DNA of 64,000 nucleotides from Bacteroidota bacterium (GTDB lineage Bacteria; Bacteroidota; Bacteroidia; Palsa-948): NCBI GenBank assembly GCA_023251675.1, contig JAHEYJ010000001.1, positions 1,671 to 65,670 of the forward strand, read 5' to 3'. Shown piece by piece: positions 1 to 8,074 of this stretch (position 1 is its first letter; each line of letters starts with the position of its first letter). The notes under the pieces were generated by a model. It saw only the letters and a program-made list of their open reading frames with translations, ran no database searches and was not told where the DNA came from. The position numbers and the translations under genes were made by a program.

Positions 1-123
1 GATCGTAATGTTTTAGAATAAAAACGTAAAAGAATTGCTACTTTCTTTTTTATAAATATACCTTGACTGACAATAATTGAAAAAACTCCTACAGTTTGTT
101 AACTCAATAAATACACACAAAAG

Positions 124-600
124 ATGAAATTCAATTTCTATTTCCTTTTCGTTGCAGCATTGATGGTGAGTTTTTTTTGTATTCAGACAAATGCCCAACA
201 AGTACCACAAGGAATACCCCATGTAGATTTCACTTATGATGCCGCTGGCAACAGGGTGCTGCGTCAGTATACTGCGTTAAGAAATATGGGTGATACAACC
301 AAAAATAATGACGATGCCAAACAAATTGCAGCGCAATACGGCATTAGTGTTTATCCAAACCCAAGCACCAACGGAGATGCCGTTAATGTTAAAATTTCTT
401 TGCCTGCTTCTAATTCTGCAGAAACAGAAACTGCAACGATTTCTCTTTTAGATAATACCGGTAAACTGCTGTTTACACAAAAACAAACTACCGTATCTTC
501 CAATCAGATTGATCTAAGTAAATACACCGCCGGTGTTTATTATGTAAAAGTGATGATTGATAAAAAGCAGTTGTTTTATCGAATTGTGAAAGTGCAGTAA
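124..600 (+). CDS. small secreted protein: signal peptide + one YD/RHS-type repeat + T9SS type-A C-terminal sorting domain (copy 1)
   Basis: ORF track, 158 aa. N-terminal hydrophobic signal peptide (FLFVAALMVSFFCIQTNAQQ). YD-type motif HVDFTYDAAGNRVLRQY. The C-terminal ~80 aa (YPNPSTNGDAVNVKISLP...GVYYVKVMIDKKQLFYRIVKVQ) fits the Por_Secre_tail pattern. Near-identical paralogue at 2320. Confidence 0.7.
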   Translation: MKFNFYFLFVAALMVSFFCIQTNAQQVPQGIPHVDFTYDAAGNRVLRQYTALRNMGDTTKNNDDAKQIAAQYGISVYPNPSTNGDAVNVKISLPASNSAETETATISLLDNTGKLLFTQKQTTVSSNQIDLSKYTAGVYYVKVMIDKKQLFYRIVKVQ

Positions 601-634
601 TACTTTTACCTTTGTTCTTTTCAATTCAATATCA

Positions 635-1984
635 GTGCGCAGTTCCTTCAACAAAGCCCAAATCGTTTCTGAAGATGCTGATGAGTTTGATTTTACATAC
701 GGCCCCGATGACGAACGCAAGAAAACAATTCTGCAAAACAATAGCTTAATCCAAAGTACCCGGTATTTCTCTGGTGATTACGAAAAAACAATTGCAGGCA
801 GCAACGTTACCGAGGTGCATTACATCAGTGGCGGAAGCGGTTTGGCAGCCCTGTATGTAATTGAAAATGGAAACGGAACTATGTATTATCCGTACACCGA
901 TTACCTTGGCTCTATACTCACTGTTACAGATGATCAAGGCAACCCGGTAGCCGAACAAAGTTTTGATGCATGGGGAAGAAACAGAAATCCAGATGACTGG
1001 ACGGATCAGAACATACCGAGTGTTCCTTCATGGTTGTACCGTGGTTACACCGGCCACGAACACAATAAAGAATTCGCCCTCATCAACATGAACGGCAGAA
1101 TGTACGACCCTGTGGTGGGCAGAATGTTAAGTGCGGATAATAATTTACAGTTACCTGAATATTCCCAGAACTATAATCGGTATACATATGCTTTGAATAA
1201 TCCATTGAAGTTTACTGATCCTACAGGAAACGATTGGTATTATGATGCTGAGGGTATAGCAAAATGGGATAAAGATTTAACTGAGGAAAATTTTGCAGAT
1301 AAAATTAAAAATGGAAAATACATTGGTCAAACCTACCTACATATTTTTGATGACGGACACGCTGAATTCGGGGATCAAAAAGGGGAGTTGCTTCCATTAA
1401 AAATGCTTGAAGCAACAGATATCAGCGCTTCTCAATCAAACAACGAAAGTACTGCCACGGATAAAAATGCTTTTGTTCAGTCTGGTGCCGGCTATGAAGA
1501 TTATAACTACAATGAGGCAACTGGTAACTATGAATCGCAAAACCAGATAGAATGGAAGAAAACCGGAAAAGAGATGAGTGACTTTGCTGATTTTGCTGAC
1601 GATTTAATCATAAATACTACAATGACTATGGCTACGTGGGAACTTGGAGGTTCTGTTGGTTTAAAATGGGCATCAAAATATTTTTCAAAACCCGCAAGTA
1701 GTATTTTTTCTTATATAACCCCGCATATTACAAAGGATCTTGTAGCAAGAGGATGGACAAAGGAATTAATACATCTGGCTGTAAATAAATCTTTTACTAC
1801 AAGAGTTGCATTAGATAAAACAACGGGAGGAATATGGGAGGAAGCAACTGCATTCTACTTAAAAAAGGGGAAGGGATGGTATGTTGTTAGGAATAATATT
1901 TCTGGTAAGATTGTACAAATTAGTGATAGAACCAAACCTTGGTTTCCAGATCAAACGATCATTAATCCATATATTCCAAAATAG
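635..1984 (+). CDS. RHS repeat-associated core fragment fused to a variable C-terminal toxin domain (tip A)
   Basis: GTG start 35 nt after the stop of the small gene. Core-end motifs YRGYTGHEH...NMNGRMYDPVVGRMLSADN...NRYTYALNNPLKFTDPTGND match the canonical RHS core terminus (YYDPxxGRFLSxDP...NNPxxFxDPxG). The first ~190 aa are ~90% identical to ORF 2825 and diverge exactly after DPTG. The C-terminal ~260 aa are AT-rich and unrelated to tip B. The motif ITPHITKDLVARGWTKELI weakly resembles DUF4258-type toxin domains. At 449 aa it is too short to form an RHS shell, so it is treated as an orphan tip cassette. Confidence 0.75.
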   Translation: MRSSFNKAQIVSEDADEFDFTYGPDDERKKTILQNNSLIQSTRYFSGDYEKTIAGSNVTEVHYISGGSGLAALYVIENGNGTMYYPYTDYLGSILTVTDDQGNPVAEQSFDAWGRNRNPDDWTDQNIPSVPSWLYRGYTGHEHNKEFALINMNGRMYDPVVGRMLSADNNLQLPEYSQNYNRYTYALNNPLKFTDPTGNDWYYDAEGIAKWDKDLTEENFADKIKNGKYIGQTYLHIFDDGHAEFGDQKGELLPLKMLEATDISASQSNNESTATDKNAFVQSGAGYEDYNYNEATGNYESQNQIEWKKTGKEMSDFADFADDLIINTTMTMATWELGGSVGLKWASKYFSKPASSIFSYITPHITKDLVARGWTKELIHLAVNKSFTTRVALDKTTGGIWEEATAFYLKKGKGWYVVRNNISGKIVQISDRTKPWFPDQTIINPYIPK

Positions 1985-1988
1985 AGTT

Positions 1989-2126
1989 ATGAATAAAGTT
2001 GAATTACAGTTTAAGGATAGAGTAGCAATTGATAGGGGAACATATTTTCTTTTTGCAAAAAGAGATGCTATAGATTTTGTACATGAATGTGAAAAAGAAA
2101 GCATAATAATTTTAGGTGTTGAGTAA
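1989..2126 (+). pseudogene. short ORF fragments downstream of tip A (45 aa at 1989-2126 and 40 aa at 2164-2286); possible decayed immunity gene
   Basis: Sits where a cognate immunity gene is expected. Two tiny AT-rich ORFs in different frames suggest a frameshifted or decayed gene. No recognisable domain. Confidence 0.2.
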
Positions 2127-2319
2127 TTTTATAAAATTAATGAAGAAACAATTCAACCAAGTATGGAAAATAGTATTGATTATTCTTCATTTGATAAAAA
2201 ACAACCACCTGTTGCATATGAAAAGGTAATAGAATTTCTGAATAGTAAGGTGGATGAATTATTTTTTGAAATTAACTGTGCGGAATAATTAAATACTAGT
2301 ATTAAATTATATGTAGAAA

Positions 2320-2790
2320 ATGCAAACCATGAAAAACAATTTTAATTTTGGTTTTATTGCATTAATGCTGTTTAGCATTATTTGCATTCAGGTAAACGCT
2401 CAGACGCCACATATAGATTTCACTTATGATGCCGTTGGCAACAGAGTTTTGCGCCAGTATACTGCTCAAAGAGTGATGAATGATACAACCAAAAATAATG
2501 ACGATGCCAAACAAATTGCAGCGCAATACGGCATTAGTGTTTATCCAAACCCAAGCACCAACGGAGATGCAGTTAATGTTAAAATTTCTTTGCCTGCTTC
2601 TAATTCTGCAGAAACAGAAACTGCAACGATTTCTCTTTTAGATAATACCGGTAAACTGCTGTTTACACAAAAACAAACTACCGTATCTTCCAATCAGATT
2701 GATCTAAGTAAATACACCGCCGGTGTTTATTATGTAAAAGTGATGATTGATAAAAAGCAGTTGTTTTATCGAATTGTGAAAGTGCAGTAA
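2320..2790 (+). CDS. small secreted protein: signal peptide + YD repeat + T9SS type-A CTD (copy 2)
   Basis: 156 aa. Signal peptide FGFIALMLFSIICIQVNAQ. Nucleotides ~2420-2790 are essentially identical to 225-600, and the 35-nt spacer plus downstream core is also conserved. Confidence 0.7.
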   Translation: MQTMKNNFNFGFIALMLFSIICIQVNAQTPHIDFTYDAVGNRVLRQYTAQRVMNDTTKNNDDAKQIAAQYGISVYPNPSTNGDAVNVKISLPASNSAETETATISLLDNTGKLLFTQKQTTVSSNQIDLSKYTAGVYYVKVMIDKKQLFYRIVKVQ

Positions 2791-2824
2791 TACTTTTACC
2801 TTTGTTCTTTTCAATTCAATATCA

Positions 2825-4246
2825 GTGCGCAGTTCCTTCAACAAAGCCCAAATCGTTTCTGAAGATGCTGATGAACTTGATTTCTTTTACGGCCCCGGTG
2901 ACGAGCGCAAGAAAACAATTCTGCAAAACAACAGCGTGATCCAAAGCACGCGTTATTTCTCAGGAGACTACGAAAAAACAATTGCAGGCAGCAATGTTAC
3001 CGAAGTACATTACATCAATAGCGGAAGCGGTTTGGCAGCCATGTATGTAATTGAAAACGGAAACGGAGCCATGTATTATCCATATACTGATTACCTTGGC
3101 TCCATACTCACTGTTACAGATGATCAAGGCAACTCGGTAGCCGAACAAAGTTTTGATGCATGGGGAAGAAACAGAAATCCAGATGACTGGACGGATCAGA
3201 ACATACCAAGCGTTCCCTCATGGTTGTACCGTGGATATACCGGACACGAACATCTGTCGCAGTTTGTTCTGATTAATATGAACGGGCGTATGTATGATCC
3301 TGTGGTGGGAAGGATGTTAAGCCCGGACATAAATTTGCAAGACCCCTGCTTTTCGCAATCACATAACCGATATTCCTATGTTTTTAATAATCCGTTAAAA
3401 TTCATTGACCCATCAGGAATGGATGCTGGAGGTTATGACTGGATGGAAAACGGAATGCCATATAATTTTGCAAGCAGTTACGATAGAAATGCAATGCAGG
3501 AAGCAAATGGAACAAGTTATGAAGCACAACAACGACAAAAGTATGCAGATCTAACGCCTTTCGGAGGATATTCTACTACTAGAGGAGAGTATGAAGGAGT
3601 TATTAAGTATAGAATAAATGGTGATTTAGTTTTTGTTCCGGGATCACAATATAATCAAGCTGGATATTTATGGTCAGCCAATAATTCTAAAGGAGAAATA
3701 TTAAGCGGAGGAGTTACTATCGATGTAAAAGGACCTGAAGTATTGGAAAAAGCAAAAGAGAAGCATACTATGTCATTAGGCGAGAAGTTTACTTCCTTAG
3801 AAGGGTGGGTCCCTTTTTTATCTGAATATAATTACTATAAATCCATTAAATCCAGTGGTTCCTTTATGGAGTATCTTGCCTATGAACAAGCACAAAGTGG
3901 ACCTTCTACACTTATAACTGGGGCTCCGCCTATTCCAAGTTTTAGTGGGGGGAATATTTTAAAGTTAGGGACCGGATTGCGAGAGCTTTTTAAGGCAGGG
4001 GTAAGAAATAACTCCATAATTAATGTCAGAAATGTTTTATTAAACAATGGCTTTAAACAAGGATTATCATTAAACAAACAAGGATATTTGTTTACTAATG
4101 CAATCGGCGAGGAAGTTAGAATTATGAGGCGAGCTGGAGCTTGGGACATTAGAATGATGAACAAAGGTGGTAATTATCTAGACGAGTTTGGAAATTTTAA
4201 TAGTCCACCGGAATTAACACATAACATATTCTTATATGCACATTAA
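2825..4246 (+). CDS. RHS core fragment fused to a variable C-terminal toxin domain (tip B, unrecognised family)
   Basis: Same conserved N-terminal core as 635-1984 (…NMNGRMYDPVVGRMLSPD…NRYSYVFNNPLKFIDPSGMD). It is followed by a ~290-aa AT-rich C-terminal domain with no similarity to tip A. Confidence 0.75.
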   Translation: MRSSFNKAQIVSEDADELDFFYGPGDERKKTILQNNSVIQSTRYFSGDYEKTIAGSNVTEVHYINSGSGLAAMYVIENGNGAMYYPYTDYLGSILTVTDDQGNSVAEQSFDAWGRNRNPDDWTDQNIPSVPSWLYRGYTGHEHLSQFVLINMNGRMYDPVVGRMLSPDINLQDPCFSQSHNRYSYVFNNPLKFIDPSGMDAGGYDWMENGMPYNFASSYDRNAMQEANGTSYEAQQRQKYADLTPFGGYSTTRGEYEGVIKYRINGDLVFVPGSQYNQAGYLWSANNSKGEILSGGVTIDVKGPEVLEKAKEKHTMSLGEKFTSLEGWVPFLSEYNYYKSIKSSGSFMEYLAYEQAQSGPSTLITGAPPIPSFSGGNILKLGTGLRELFKAGVRNNSIINVRNVLLNNGFKQGLSLNKQGYLFTNAIGEEVRIMRRAGAWDIRMMNKGGNYLDEFGNFNSPPELTHNIFLYAH

Positions 4247-4636
4247 ATGAAAAACATTGAAGAAATTCGAGAGAAATTATTATTATTGAATAATTTTCAG
4301 GAATGCATAATTGAAAGTATTCGTTTTTTGAAATTTGCGACAACAATTGAAATTGATTTCGATTATATATGGGATGATAACAAAAACGTCAGAAAGAACT
4401 TGAAGGACAAAAAAATAATTACTTTAAGGTTTGAACTCGTAGAAAAATTTCTCCTCGAAAATATATTTACTCAAGGCATTGATAATGTTGATTTTCTGAA
4501 TTGGAGCTATAACGAAATAGCAATGATTAAGATTGAAGATGGTAATGATAAAAATAGGGTCAAGATATTTTGGGAAATCAATAGAAAGAGAAGTATTGAA
4601 TTGACATTTTCCTCCTTGGAAGTAATTAGTACTTAA
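4247..4636 (+). CDS. putative immunity protein for tip B
   Basis: 129-aa ORF starting 1 nt after the toxin stop. AT-rich, no signal peptide, and in the position typical of polymorphic-toxin immunity genes. Confidence 0.5.
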   Translation: MKNIEEIREKLLLLNNFQECIIESIRFLKFATTIEIDFDYIWDDNKNVRKNLKDKKIITLRFELVEKFLLENIFTQGIDNVDFLNWSYNEIAMIKIEDGNDKNRVKIFWEINRKRSIELTFSSLEVIST

Positions 4637-4695
4637 TGCCAATGTTCTGGATTTAGTCGTGTCGCAAAACGGTGATTCATTCAACTGCCGTATAA

Positions 4696-5193
4696 CAAGG
4701 AGTAATTGATATTTATAAAATTATAAAAGGAGCAAAGGCTGTTGCAGTTTTCCTCTTATCGGTTTTCTTCATTCAGGCAAATGCTCAACAAGTACCACAA
4801 GGAATACCCCATGTAGATTTCACTTATGATGCCGCTGGCAACAGGGTGCTGCGTCAGTATGCCGCTACGTTCAGAATAATGGGAGGAGATACAACACATG
4901 ATGAGCAAGCCGAACAAGTTGCAACGCAATACGGGATTAAGGTTTTTCCAAACCCTACTACGAGCGGAGATATGGTTAATGTTACAATAGCATTGCCAGT
5001 TTCTAACTCCGCAGAAACAGAAACTGCAACGGTTTCTCTTTTAGATAACACGGGTAAACTGCTGTTTACACAACAACAAACGACTACATCTTCCAATCCG
5101 ATGGATCTAAGCAAATACACCGCTGGTGTCTATTATGTAAAAGTTATGATAGATAAAAAGCAGTTGTTTTACAGAATAGTTAAAACAAAATAA
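4696..5193 (+). CDS. third YD + T9SS-CTD small protein (copy 3, ~75% aa identity), apparently lacking an ATG at its signal peptide; possibly 5'-truncated or a pseudogene
   Basis: The frame is open from 4696 and encodes a signal-peptide-like KGAKAVAVFLLSVFFIQANAQQVPQGIPHVDFTYDAAGNRVLRQY, but the first ATG is at 4846, inside the mature region. The C-terminal CTD is intact (…GVYYVKVMIDKKQLFYRIVKTK). Confidence 0.45.
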   Translation, partial: QGVIDIYKIIKGAKAVAVFLLSVFFIQANAQQVPQGIPHVDFTYDAAGNRVLRQYAATFRIMGGDTTHDEQAEQVATQYGIKVFPNPTTSGDMVNVTIALPVSNSAETETATVSLLDNTGKLLFTQQQTTTSSNPMDLSKYTAGVYYVKVMIDKKQLFYRIVKTK

Positions 5194-5204
5194 TTTTCCG
5201 TACT

Positions 5205-7586
5205 TTGCATTTATATTTATTTGTAATGCGATTTCTTTTTCTTTTTGTTTTATTTTCTCCTGTCTTTTCCTATTCCCAGAACTGGGTTTGGGGACGAAGT
5301 GCATTGGGAATATATTATGACGATGAAACCATTTCTGTTTGCACTGATGCCAGCGGGAATGTGTTCGCAACAGGTGGGTTCGGGAGTCCTTCCATTTCCT
5401 TCGGATCGATTGTTCTTAATAATACTGTTCCTTCAGCAATCGGCCCCAATGTATTTCTTGCAAAATATGATGCGAATGGAAATATACTATGGGCGCACGG
5501 GGCTGGAGGCACAACTTCGGGGGATGATCTTGGATTTTCAGTATGTGCAGACATTAATGGGAATGTCATCGTGACAGGTTCATTTAATAGCTCCAATATT
5601 ACATTTGGTTCCATTACACTCAATAATTATGACACAACAGGAAATACGGATGATATTTTTATTGCCAAATATGATCCAAACGGAAATGTATTGTGGGCGA
5701 AAAATGCGGGAGGGGTATCTTATGACAGAGGCTATTCTGTAAGTGCCGATGCCGGTGGGAATTTATTTGTAGCCGGTGATGCTTACAGTGTCATAAGTAC
5801 TTTCGGAACTACTACACTCGTCAATCCATGTGCATTCCTAGCAAAATATGATCCGAATGGAAACCTTATCTGGGTAAAAGATGTAGGTACTGCTGCGGAC
5901 TTAAGTACTTCTGTAAGTATAGACCCCAGCGGAAATGCATTTCTAACAGGATGGTTTTCCGGATCCACAGACACGATGGGTTCCACTGTGCTCACCAATC
6001 CAGGGATCAGCAATATTTTTCTTAACAAATATGATGGAAATGGAAATTTGCTTTGGGCTAAGAGTGCAACAGGAACTTCAAATATAAATTATAGTTTTTC
6101 GGCAAGCGCCGATACGCATGGCAATGTGTACATAACTGGTTGGTTTGGGCCTACGATTATTTTTGGTACAACCACCCTTACGAGTGTCGGAGCATTTGAT
6201 CTATTCACTGCCAAATACGATGCGTATGGTAATGCACTCTGGGCGAAAAGTGCCGGAGGAGTTTACAATGATGGCGGTTATAGTATAAGCGCAGATCCAG
6301 GGGGTAATGTTTTTGTAACAGGTTTTTTTGCAAGCAATGTTATGAGTTTTGGATCCGTCTCTGTTTTGCCGCCAATTGGTAATTGTACTTCGCCATGTGA
6401 GCCGATGTTTGTTGTAAAGTATGATGTTAACGGAAATGTGTTGTGTACTTCAGTTCTTGCAACCGGAGGACATTATCTTAATGGAGGTGGCGGTTATCAG
6501 AATTGCATAACTGCTGATATTTATGGAAATGCTTACGTGGGAAGTTCTTTCGATGCCAATCCTTTGTTTGTCGGTCCAAGCAGTTTAATACCCAGCGCTC
6601 CATCGAGAGATCTTTTTATAGCTAAATATTCATGCTGTTTGTTTAATGTTTCTTTGTCGGGCCAGGACAGTATTTGTAAAAATAGTTTTACGCAACTTTC
6701 CGCTACGGGATCCACGAATTATTTCTGGAGCCCAGCTTCAGACTTATCTTGTTCTTCCTGTCAAAATCCGATTGCTTCACCATCTTCAACAATAACCTAC
6801 ACGGTTACCAGCACAGCTAATTCATGTGCAGATACTTCAGTAATTACTATTACGGTTAATCCATTACCTGTGGCGAATATTACTGGAACAAATGCACTTT
6901 GTTTTGGCAACCCTTTAAGCCTAACTGCTTCAGGGGGTATTTCATATTTGTGGAATACTGGTAGCACTGCGCAAACAATTTCCCTTAGTCCGTCATCAAC
7001 TTCATCTTATTATGTGACAGTAACGGATAATAATGGATGTATTGATGATACTTTTTATACTGTGACCGTTAATCCGAATCCAATAGCCAGTATTTCAGGC
7101 GACATAAGTATCTATCAAGGCCAATCCACAATTTTAACAGCCAGCGGTGGTGCAAATTATTTATGGAATAATGGAGAAACCTCAACGGCGATTTCAGTTG
7201 CACCGAATTCAACAACCGAATATTGTGTTATAGTTGCCGATACAAATAACTGCAAGGATACAGTCTGTGTGCTTGTTGATGTGAAATTACCCTGCGATAC
7301 GGCAGGCACCTTCTTTTTTCCAAATGCTTTTTCTCCTAACGGAGATGGCGAAAACGATTCTTTGAAAATTTATTACGGTAATTTAGATTGCATTGAAAGT
7401 TTGCATTTGATTATTTATGACCGGTGGGGCGAGAAGGTTTATGAAACTGCCGATATATATTTTAGGTGGGGCGGCAATCAGGAAAGCAATGATCAGCACT
7501 CAAAAGTTTTTGCCTATAACTTATACATTAAGTTTACGGATGGGAATGAGATGATAAAGAAGGGAAATATTAGTTTGATGAAATAA
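5205..7586 (+). CDS. large secreted protein with SBBP beta-propeller repeats and Ig-like domains, ending in a T9SS type-B (gliding-motility/CHU_C) C-terminal domain
   Basis: Signal peptide. Repeated GNxxxTG…AKYDxNGNxLWAK units. C-terminus CDTAGTFFFPNAFSPNGDGENDSLKIYYGN…YDRWGEKVYE typical of the gliding-motility C-terminal domain. Confidence 0.8.
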   Translation: MHLYLFVMRFLFLFVLFSPVFSYSQNWVWGRSALGIYYDDETISVCTDASGNVFATGGFGSPSISFGSIVLNNTVPSAIGPNVFLAKYDANGNILWAHGAGGTTSGDDLGFSVCADINGNVIVTGSFNSSNITFGSITLNNYDTTGNTDDIFIAKYDPNGNVLWAKNAGGVSYDRGYSVSADAGGNLFVAGDAYSVISTFGTTTLVNPCAFLAKYDPNGNLIWVKDVGTAADLSTSVSIDPSGNAFLTGWFSGSTDTMGSTVLTNPGISNIFLNKYDGNGNLLWAKSATGTSNINYSFSASADTHGNVYITGWFGPTIIFGTTTLTSVGAFDLFTAKYDAYGNALWAKSAGGVYNDGGYSISADPGGNVFVTGFFASNVMSFGSVSVLPPIGNCTSPCEPMFVVKYDVNGNVLCTSVLATGGHYLNGGGGYQNCITADIYGNAYVGSSFDANPLFVGPSSLIPSAPSRDLFIAKYSCCLFNVSLSGQDSICKNSFTQLSATGSTNYFWSPASDLSCSSCQNPIASPSSTITYTVTSTANSCADTSVITITVNPLPVANITGTNALCFGNPLSLTASGGISYLWNTGSTAQTISLSPSSTSSYYVTVTDNNGCIDDTFYTVTVNPNPIASISGDISIYQGQSTILTASGGANYLWNNGETSTAISVAPNSTTEYCVIVADTNNCKDTVCVLVDVKLPCDTAGTFFFPNAFSPNGDGENDSLKIYYGNLDCIESLHLIIYDRWGEKVYETADIYFRWGGNQESNDQHSKVFAYNLYIKFTDGNEMIKKGNISLMK

Positions 7587-7735
7587 CGTCTTTTCCAGCG
7601 ATGTAATCGAGGAGGACTCATTTCTTCAAAAACCCACAACGTTATAAATTATAACCTGGGTATTACCCTATAAAATATTTTCTACATTCGCCTGTTGCTT
7701 AAAACTGTGTATCGCCACACCTTGTTTTTAAGACC

Positions 7736-8029
7736 ATGAAACAAATTACCGGAATGAAGGTTCGGAAGATCCGGGAGATGAAAAGCATATCCCAGGAGTA
7801 TGTTGCCAAGCATTTGGGCATAAGCCAGGCGGCCTATTCAAATATTGAAAACGGCAAAACAGGCATCAACGAGGAGAAACTTTTCAAAATTGCAACGGTG
7901 CTTGATGTCCAGGCGGAAGCCATCATGAAGTTTGATACGGAGGTGGCAATTGATGCCTGCATGAAGGCAAAAGAAGATGTTGCAAGCACGATTCAAAATC
8001 TGAAAAAAGAGAAAAAACATCTTCGCTAA
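7736..8029 (+). CDS. XRE-family helix-turn-helix transcriptional regulator
   Basis: 97 aa. HTH signature ISQEYVAKHLGISQAAYSNIENGK. Confidence 0.8.
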   Translation: MKQITGMKVRKIREMKSISQEYVAKHLGISQAAYSNIENGKTGINEEKLFKIATVLDVQAEAIMKFDTEVAIDACMKAKEDVASTIQNLKKEKKHLR

Positions 8030-8074
8030 ACAAAAAAACAAGCGTATTGTATTTTAATAAAAATAGTCAGCCGC

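Noticed and set aside
635-4246. The 449- and 473-aa proteins considered as complete, stand-alone RHS toxins
   Set aside because: They contain only the last YD repeats plus the core, which is far too short for the ~1000-aa RHS shell. They are better explained as orphan core-tip cassettes or as parts of a split system.
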